A stretch of DNA of 64,000 nucleotides from Schmidtea polychroa (taxonomy: Eukaryota): the NCBI GenBank assembly GCA_044892525.1, contig CM097885.1, positions 217,496,001-217,560,000 on the forward strand. Reading direction: 5' to 3'. Positions 55,227 through 64,000 of the stretch are shown here, piece by piece (position 1 is the first letter of the stretch; every line of letters starts with the position of its first letter). The notes beneath the pieces are model-generated. The model did not search any database. It had not been told where the DNA came from and saw only the letters and a list, made by a program, of their open reading frames with translations. The position numbers were made by a program, and so were the translations under genes.

Positions 55227-58200
55227 TGTTGGGCGTAGGTGGGGAAGAGAAAAATATACATGCATTTCTATCACGCCTATCAAGTCTCATCATTTCGTTT
55301 AGACACTCCCCATACATACTCCACATGATCATTCGCATATTCCAACGTATGAGCCCGTGGTGATGTTCCACGTTGGTGCTGCTCACACGGGTCGGAAAAA
55401 GTTAGCAGGTGAGCCCCTGCCTTAGGACTACTCCTAACCCTTTTCTCGGTACGGGTCCTACGGTGCCTTAGAAGGACTTACCCATGCTTCACGCATCATT
55501 CGGTCCACCCTGGTCCAAAGGGGACAACATTCAAGCTTCTACTACTCCTTCAGGATCCTCCACTCATGAAATTCAATCATAGCCAATCATACATATAATT
55601 AACGCAATCGGAAAACAAGCGAACAGCTGTATTAGAACAAAACATCGAAATACACTCAAAATTATATAAGTAGCCACAAAACATTAACGACTTGTACAAA
55701 ATAATGTCACTCCTTCGAGTTCGTTCACGGTAGTAGGGGAATCGAGATTTGAGAGAAAACTCACTGTGAGAATGCTTCTCCTTCCGCGAGCATCTCGTCG
55801 ATGTCAACGGGCAACCGGCTATCTTCGAGGAATTTGATACTGCCGGCCGGAACTACCCGGAACACTTCTTTGGTAGGAATGCAATGAGTAACGGTAATTT
55901 CTTGGATTGTTGATTTGGCTGCGAATAATGATGCCTCAAGCGCAGCCATGGCATTTCTGCGCTTCTGATTCTTTTCCGAGCGCGTCGGCCGCTTACGCTT
56001 TCGATGGGGAAGGGTAGTTGCTATTGGGGGCTGAGTGAGGTGTGGCCCGAGGATTGGAGCCAAGATAGGGTCCGAGGGTCCACCAGCCATAGGCCGATAA
56101 CCAGAGAGAACTGGGGCGGGAATTGGTGGCAATTGTGGGCCATGCCCCTTGCAATTAGTTACTGACGATGATTCAGCTGATTGGTGGTGCCCGGGGAACA
56201 CATTAGTCCCCTCTTGTATCGGGTATTCGCGAACTCGCTTCGCTATCTCTGCTTCGGAGTATACTTTATGTAGTGCCTCTGATTGGGCTTTTATGGTTAG
56301 CCACTGGCATCTACTCTCTTCCAGGAGACTGTCACGGCAGTGCTCCAGACGTAGAATCTTACTCTTCTCCTCTTTCATCTGTGGCGGGGAGAACCACGTT
56401 CCCTCATAGAGGTCAATTCTCTTCTTTAATTCCCCAATGTACAAGTGCAACTGTGCGATGTCTGCATTTTTGTCCGAACATGAGAAGCATGGACGGAGAT
56501 CTTTTCTGGGCTGGATCGGTGTAGTCATCTGAAGATAAAGAAGGTTTCCATTAAGGCGGTGTTGCGAACAGCTTTCCCTCATGATTATTTAGTTCCCTCA
56601 ACATACAATTTCGGTGACCCTCGACCGGTCTCCGATCGGAGATGGTCCGTTAAAACCATCATTTACTACGACCACTCATATTCACATCAACGTAAACCAT
56701 GCAAGATTAAAAGAAAACGGGAGTCATAAATAAAACACTTTATTATATTAGCTATGTACTGTATACCTCCTATATGTTGATGATTTATCTAAGTTATTCT
56801 GCTAATTTTCGGGAAAACCTTCGCTTTTATAATTATAACATTTAAATTTTCCGTTGTTTGTTATCGGTGACAATTTTATTCAATATCGTGACCTATTGAG
56901 AGTCGTTGGGTCTGAATGTCACAGGGAGTGAAATGACTATCTCTTGGAGTACTCGACCTCCTCGTACCAGAAATGAGAATTTAAAAAAAAAACTCGTCGA
57001 GAATTTTAATTATTACTTCGAATTATCTAAAAGTTCGTTTAAATTAGCGGCGTTAGCGTAGTCATGGAAACCCCAACTAGGTCGTCAATTCATTCCTACT
57101 CTGTGCATGTATGTGAGTGTGCATATATTTCACTGTGTTAAGATTATAGTATGCCGGTATTACCCTTACCCACGGTTAGACAATTCTCGTTGAAATTAAT
57201 CTCACTAAATGATTTCGATGTCGCTGACTATGTTCGCACACACAGTCTCACACTGTTACATAATTACGTCATTTTCCTACCTGAGTTACTACGGTGGATC
57301 AGCTTGCTTGTGTGCATCATTGGACATACTGATGATTATGCATGGCGTGGATACCTGATTTGATACTAGAAATATTCGGTTAGATCTATCAACACAGTGT
57401 TTCGAATTTGGAGTTTTATTATCGCCTTGCCAAGTTGGAATTATGAGTGAGTGATTATAAGGTCTACTCGATGTTTCTTTCTGCTAATCTCTATCAAGCG
57501 CCGTTACTGGACCTTCATGGCCTCGTTATCCGGGTATTGGATGTGCTCAGGCGAATGCTTATCGGTCGTCTACGACTAATTTCCAGCAGGCCAAGACTAA
57601 AAGATAATTTCCCTAGTTTGCTGACCTCAGATTTTCTCAAGGCTGTCGTGAATATTTACATTCACTATCGGATGATTTTCATGTGTCGTATAGGTTCTAC
57701 TATTAGCGACGATAAGGCCTGTCAAGATTAACTGTAGAGTCTGATTAAAGCCGAGAGGATGAATGTACTCGCTAATGCTCTAGTAGTTCAAATCCCTGAA
57801 GAAAACTAGAGACAGTTTATACAGACCTGTCTGGGATTTTCTTTTGCAGCCGAAAACTATGGTCCCTTCATAATCAATTCACCGAAATTCGAAGGCTTAA
57901 AAACAATAATCATGTCGAATTGGAGCATAATGAAGTACGGCAGTACGTGGAAATGAAGATTCTGTCTCATGTCTTTTCCGGAAAGTTTCAAACGGAGTTA
58001 TTATTTGTATCAATTGTCGCAATTCTGTCTCTCCTATGGATGGAAATTTTCTTATGCCGATCGTCGATATCACTCGGTGGAAGATTCTCCATTGTTATGT
58101 ATCTACATCGCTCACCAGATGTCCTCACCCCTCCTGACTCACCCAAGCACAGCATGCATCGCTGCCGCCGCACTTGGACCGTCAGGAAGGACGATTCCAT

Positions 58201-59383
58201 CCCCTCAGATTTCTATCTTCTTCATCGAAAACAATCATCGCAAATAAACAATAAATTCGTCCGACAATTCAATATTAACGAAATATTATTATTATATAAA
58301 ATAGTTAGTTACCCGGCGACCACGCCGTCTGAAACTCGAACATGATACAAAGTCGGAATAATCCTCGTACACTTCATTTTCCATTCTCAGTGGGATTTAA
58401 ATTCTCGATTCGATGTCTTTATTTTCATTACTCGTCTACGAGTATCATCTAGCCCATTCATTCGCGTTTCTGCATCATGTCCGAATTCCAGACGACATCG
58501 TCGCCGGCCGCATGGAGAGAGAGAACATCTTTATAATCAAATAGAAAAATTTATTAAAAATAAATTATTTCGTTCATTCCTTTTTATATAAAAACAAAAT
58601 TAAAAATTAAAATATGCATCATACTTACAATACGTTTCCTTCGAGAGTATTGGAAAAATATCGGTTGAAGTTTTCTGTTCCCAGGTGAATAATATTAATG
58701 CTCTGTGGAAATCTCGATAACTGTATGAATAGTGTTTCTTGAGTATAGTCCTTGCGAATTGATTTAATGAAGTTTGCTGTAGAGTTTGGTTAAAAAGTGG
58801 TCGTTAACAAATTAAAATTTTACCTGTAGAGTTTGGTTAAAAAGTGGTACTCTACAGATATTTTCCGTTTCTTTTATATTATTTTCTGTCCAATCAGGAC
58901 GCGACTTGCGTGTAATATTATTATTTATTACTATTTTTATGTTTTTTAATGCAATAAGGTATATTTTAATGACTTTTCTCTATTTTTATTATTATTTTAT
59001 TTATTTTTCTATTTTTTATTATTTCCCTCCTGTTTTTCCTGTGACTTTATTGTTTTTTGGTTATAGTCTAATTTTTTTGTTTTAATTAGTTTATGTATTT
59101 ATTTGATAGTGATTTATTTTTATTTTATTTCCTAATTTCTGGTTTATTTTTCTTACATTTATTATTTTATTTCCTTATGCTATTATGTGTGGTGCGTTAT
59201 TTTCTTTTCTCATCTTGTTTTTCATCTTTTATTGTTTTCATTGGTTATTTTATTTCTTTTATTTCTGTTATGTTTATCTAATTTTATTTGTTCTTCTATT
59301 TTTCGCGCTTTTCGTGCAGTTTATTTTATCCCCCTTATTTATTCTTAACCGGTTTTGCAATACTCTCGAAGCTTGGCCCAACA
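55227..59383 (-). mobile_element. Solo LTR (4,157 bp) of a diverged sister family of the giant element
   Basis: TGTTGGGC...GCCCAACA termini; TSD CTTT (55223-55226 / 59384-59387). Homologous LTR ORF, A-rich U3 and the same promoter design. Confidence 0.93.
55761..56582 (-). CDS. Homolog of the LTR-encoded protein (probable start 56528, 255 aa)
   Basis: Shares LRPCFSCSDKNA, EGTWFSP, EHCRD, QSEALHKVY, FPxHH, a basic tract and an acidic end. Acceptor tttatcttcag directly precedes ATG 56528. Confidence 0.8.
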   Translation of the reverse strand: MRESCSQHRLNGNLLYLQMTTPIQPRKDLRPCFSCSDKNADIAQLHLYIGELKKRIDLYEGTWFSPPQMKEEKSKILRLEHCRDSLLEESRCQWLTIKAQSEALHKVYSEAEIAKRVREYPIQEGTNVFPGHHQSAESSSVTNCKGHGPQLPPIPAPVLSGYRPMAGGPSDPILAPILGPHLTQPPIATTLPHRKRKRPTRSEKNQKRRNAMAALEASLFAAKSTIQEITVTHCIPTKEVFRVVPAGSIKFLEDSRLPVDIDEMLAEGEAFSQ

Positions 59384-59970
59384 CTTTTCTATAAAATTTT
59401 GTCAGTCTAGATGTTTCTAACAAACACTATACACGTGTGCTATAAATATTACATGAATTATTAAAATAAAAAATCGTATTGAAAGGGTGGCTGCAGAATT
59501 GTTAGAATTCAATTGTTCAATTAACAATGATTTAGTAACGATAACGACACTAACATTTGATGCACATTACATATAGTGGCCATCTAGTGACCGCAAACCT
59601 AATTTATCACAAATTAGGGTTAATTTACTTTTTTTTATCGTATATTGATCCAATTTTGGATTTTTTTCCCAGTTGATCTAAATTGTGTATTAGAAATATC
59701 CCTGCCGAATTTGGATTATAAATTGCGGCCATACATAAAACACACACACACACATACATAAACTTGATGTTGAAATATCATTTAATTAATTTAATGATTG
59801 ATTAAAACAAAATTTATAAAAAAAACTAAAGCGCCATAAAACAACAAATCACAGTACAATAATGAAAAGCTAAAAAATATTCAACAACAAATACATATAA
59901 ATAAATATCACAATGAAATTCAGATCTTATACATCAAGATTCATTAAGTACCGTTGCGAATTGTGATTCA

Positions 59971-62469
59971 TTATTCGGTTCCAGCAATGTTGATTTGCTT
60001 TCCTTTTGGATTATCGAATTTATCGCTAGTTTGAATGCTAATTATCATATGAATTCCAAAACTAAGAATTCCAATCAAAATAACTGAGACAAACAAAACG
60101 GTCAAAGATGCTTCCGAAAAAAACCCAGTGCAATCATTTGCAAAATTGAATTTCGATGCATTGCCAATAAATGGTTGAACCTTGGATATATAGTGAAAAA
60201 TAGTAATTTTACCAGTTAGAAAGTCATTAAGAAATGTTTAATGGAATTCGGTTTGAAATTGTTAAATCTTTTGGATCGAAAATAATAATAAAGAATTTTC
60301 TCAGTTTATATTGAAAATTTAAATGCATTTTCCTTTCTCAATTATTGACTTTTAAGGATTATGATGAAGTAGGAGTAAAAGATTAGAAATATTCTTAAAA
60401 GTGTGCTTGCAAATATGATTGGACATGATGGACATTGTGCCTCTTATTGCCTAACATGTTGTACTAGAAGCAAATACAAATGTATTACACTCGAAATGTG
60501 AAAATATGTCAACAAAGATTCATTTGGTAATTGATATAATGAAAGTAGAATTTCAAAAACCTCTAATTATGAGATTTTTTCGTTTTTTAGGAATTTATAA
60601 TTTGGTAATCGATTAGTTAAGAAGTCGAATAATTACCAACTGTAGTTTGATTTATAAAAATACACCCGGGTGTTTTAAAAATAACACAAGTTTTGATTGG
60701 TTAATTGTTGAGAGCCAATAAGAAATGTTCTATGTTAAATGAATATATACATTAGCTAGCAGCTGTGGTAAATCCAAGAACGTATGTGGTCTCACAAGGG
60801 ATCCTTTCAGCATCCACAGAATCAAAAAACTGATAGACAAACTTGAAGGCACAATCAGTATTATTGATAAGAATAAATCTGCAAAAAGATTAGTCAGAAC
60901 TTGGCTGCACCTCCATTAGTAGAATCTTATATGAAATCAATATCTTTCATACTAGTGTCTACCAAATTCTTCGCAACAAGCTTCAGCTATTTCCTTAAAA
61001 GTTGACCCCTCTGTAGGAGTTGAAATTAACCTATGTTCTTCTTAAACTCCATTTTGAAAATTGGTTCCTCAATACATTTTGGGATTACATGCAAGCCCAA
61101 TACCGAAAAAAGAGTTAATTGAATGCATAAGGGACTCAGTAGAAAGCAGTCTTCGATAGACTACGACAATTTGGTCTAGCGATTGGAAACGGTCGCGGCG
61201 GATAATGCAGGACTACTTTTAAGCATACTCAAAATCTTAAGAACCATTCCAAGCCCAACCTTAGCGCATTCACAAAGCATTAGAAACACAAATTAAAGCT
61301 ATCGACAAATGTATTATGAAAACTTTTCCCAGAGAATCAAAACGGAAATTTATCAAATGATATCTTTATTAAAATAGAAGTCAACTGCCTAAAGTGACAT
61401 AAATATTTAAACACCAGTTAAGCCTAAATTCATAAGGAAATGGAATTCCAGATAAACCGAAACATAAGATTAGGAAAAGATAGAAAATTAACAAAGGAAA
61501 TTTTTATATTTACACGGCCTTTATCTCACACACACACACACGCAACACCTGTTGTTGGAAAAGAGAAACTGATTCGTGCCACTGTCAAACTTCATAATGA
61601 AAGAAATGACAGAAACAATAATATTGCGAGACCTTTTAAAATTCTGCATTAAATTACAAATTTCTTTATGTTACAATAGATTCTTCCCTAACCCATAGCA
61701 GGAGTAATCTGGAACTTTACTTACTCAATTTTACCTCTACTTTTGCAAATCATCACTATTTTAAATAGAATTAATAATTTTCTCAGCTATTTAAACTGTA
61801 AAAGATAGTATTAAAATTAATTTCAAATTTGATTATTTATATAATTACTATTACAATTTAAAATTTTCAAATAAAATATGAAAACAAACCTGGAATTTAT
61901 CAAATATAATTTGAACAAATGAATTATTTTTCGGTTTAAACGTCTGCTTCATGCAATGATAAGACGTATTTAATGGTGCAGTTACACCTTTAGAGAACAT
62001 TTTCGTTTCCAAAGTTGTACAATTAGACGCAGAATTTGGACATTTTATTGTCAAGAATAAACTTTTCAATTCCCAACCAAAATTGGTTAGAGTAAAATTG
62101 AATCTGAAAATTATTATAAACATTTAATTGTTTTTGTAAAAGAAATTTACAATAGATCAACGTTTGAATCTTGAGTCGTATTGAACGAGAAAACCACTTC
62201 TCCGGTTTTATTAACGAATCTTGAACTATTAACAATTGGTGTTCCACTAATGTTAACTGCAGTCTGATTTAATTTTAATGCAAAGCTTCTACTATAGAAC
62301 ATCAAAACATTTGGTTTATTTACGAATATAATTGTTGAATTGTTATCCGCCGCCACAGTAGCTATTCTAAATTATTTTTATTAAAAATAAAAATTCTAAA
62401 TCTTAATACTTACTGACAGTGAAAAAGATAGAGTAATGAAATCACAAATGAGAAAATGCCAAAGTTCAT
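59971..62469 (-). CDS. ATP6AP1: V-ATPase accessory subunit S1 (Ac45/ATP6AP1)-like, 231 aa; exons 62414-62469, 62151-62366, 61890-62103, 59971-60180
   Basis: Signal peptide MNFGIFSFVISLLYLFHC; glycosylated lumen with VTAPLNTSYHC and FQ|VQPF; C-terminus FANDCTGFFS-TM-GIHMIISIQTSDKFDNPKGKQI matches the Ac45 signature (SDCASFFS...GLHMILSLKTMDRFDDHKG). GT-AG introns in phase. Confidence 0.88.
60780..61260 (-). pseudogene. Highly decayed transposase remnant (Harbinger-like) in ATP6AP1 intron
   Basis: Fragments such as STFKEIAEAC and AFKFVY across frameshifts and stops. Confidence 0.3.
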
Positions 62470-63182
62470 TTCAATAATTTGATAACTAAATAATTCTTTA
62501 AACTTGTACTAAGTATTGAATTCAAAGTTATTTCATAAAATTAATATTGTAAATACAATCAACAATTATAATTTTGAAAATATTAGTGCAAAAGACAAAC
62601 AAATATATTTCTTCGCAGCAATTATCTATGATTGCATAACTAATTCATTATCATTTATTTTCTATGATTTTTATCAATACTAACATATTTTCTATTAAGA
62701 TAATTATATATCAAAGTAAATATATCAAAATAAAACTTTAAGGTAATATATTAAGATAATATATTAAGGTTATATATTTTGCTATTAAAAACTGCCATTA
62801 TTATAATTGTTCTGAAAGCAAATGTTGATTATGATTGTTTTACTAGATTATCATTAACTTTTAATTCTAAAAATACATTCTTTTAAAATCACTTTAATAA
62901 ACATTATTAAAATCTTTTTTATTTCTTAATTGATTTTTATTATGATTTTATAAAATTTGTACACAAAATGTAATTATAAATTCAAAAGCTATCATATAAA
63001 TAAAAATGAAATATTTAAAGAATGCGTTGTTTAAATAATCGAATAAATAAAAATACTGATAAATTTATTTTAAAAAATAAAATCTCATTTAATAAAATTT
63101 TAGTATTTTTGTTGAGTAATTAGGAATAATTCCTGTTCCCTAATCAATAAAATTCTGTATAAATAAAAGCTTAAAAGTTCAA

Positions 63183-64000
63183 ATGCCTAAATTTACAAAA
63201 AAGAAATCATCGTTACAAAATTTAATAAAAAAGTTTATTTATTAAAATATAATTTTTAATAATTAATTTTAGAGCGTCAGATGTTAATTTGAACACTGCT
63301 ATAGCATTGTCAAAATCGTTAAAAGATTTGGAAAAACAAAATAGAAAAAATGCTAAAGAAAAAAATACTACTCCGTTTCATTTAATGAAAGATCCAATTG
63401 AAGTTAAAAAAGTTCTAGATTTGCGCCTTAGTAACCTAATATTGCAAGTAAAGTTTTTTGCTTCCTTTAATGTATTTCACACCAGCTTCTAGTCTTTTCA
63501 AATAAATTTAATAGATATTGTACCACGCCATACTTGTAAACTATGGGATAAGGCTTCTTTATATTGTGACATAAAGCCAGGAGATTTGAGTTATGACAAT
63601 ATTAATTTATCTGAATTAATGGACTATTACGTATCAGCTCTAATTCCTTATATAAGCCCATCAACTTATCGAGAAGGTGATAAAATGCTTAATGTTTCAA
63701 AAATTGTCGGTCGAGAAAGGTCAATTATTTATTCGAATGAAAATGTATCACCTAATGAAGCTGTCAACGATACTTTTAACGTTATTGAAATTGTAATCAT
63801 TCTGTATATTTATTAAAATATTTACACTGAACTTTGTTTGGAAAGTTTTATTAAGAAATAATTTTCTCGTTTTCTGTGCAATAATCTAAATTTAGGACAA
63901 TTCAATACGGTTTTTATTAGAAGCCTCAAATGATGCAAATTTAGTGGAGTCGAACATTGTAAATGAAGATTTAATTAATTTATCATCAACAGAGGATTCG
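63183..64000 (+). CDS. SLX4: SLX4/MUS312-like gene, 5' part (MLR region); exons 63183-63232, 63273-63447, 63493-63792, 63896->64000
   Basis: NTAIALSKSL...PFHLMKDP..VLDLRLSNLIL...LWDKASL...MDYYVSALIP is colinear with the SLX4 MLR motifs (VAMALSRS...PLLLVQD..IEDRVALLL...LWEGSAL...MEDFYTARLVP). In-phase short GT-AG introns. Confidence 0.6.

Noticed and set aside
57920-58345. Plus-strand ORFs within the solo LTR
   Set aside because: Antisense to the LTR, no motifs, and no counterpart in the intact LTRs.

Overview
AT-rich metazoan genomic DNA with short (~40-70 nt) introns and two assembly gaps. A triclad flatworm host is inferred but not proven. The window is dominated by one intact 30,449-bp Ty3/Gypsy LTR retroelement at 16592-47040. 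It has two near-identical 4,162-bp LTRs, a 4-bp CCCG target-site duplication and a tRNA-Pro-type PBS. Its size and Bcl-2/ankyrin cargo resemble, from memory, the planarian 'Burro' giant elements. A single 4,617-aa ORF encodes, in order: Gag capsid, 3 zinc knuckles, three ubiquitin-like folds, a Bcl-2-like domain, an internal signal peptide plus a complete chuvirus-type (class III-like) envelope glycoprotein placed between Gag and protease, then PR-RT-RNaseH-IN, duplicated ankyrin modules and a second membrane-anchored domain. The element also carries an IAP-type RING ORF, a full-length TRAF, three coiled-coil ORFs, a type I membrane protein, and a ~250-aa ORF inside each LTR. The accessory ORFs are laid out like an operon, each preceded by AATAAA and an AG just before the ATG. 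A diverged solo LTR of a sister family (55227-59383, minus strand, TSD CTTT, with a paralogous empty site in the window) keeps the LTR ORF. It also keeps an unusual promoter design in which a 25-nt first exon is perfectly duplicated at the end of the first intron. Host genes: a 4-exon Dlx-like homeobox gene, an intronless USP deubiquitinase, a short ATP6AP1/Ac45-like gene and the 5' part of an SLX4-like gene. Many MITEs and TE fragments are also present. All family assignments come from motif recognition by eye; no searches were run.
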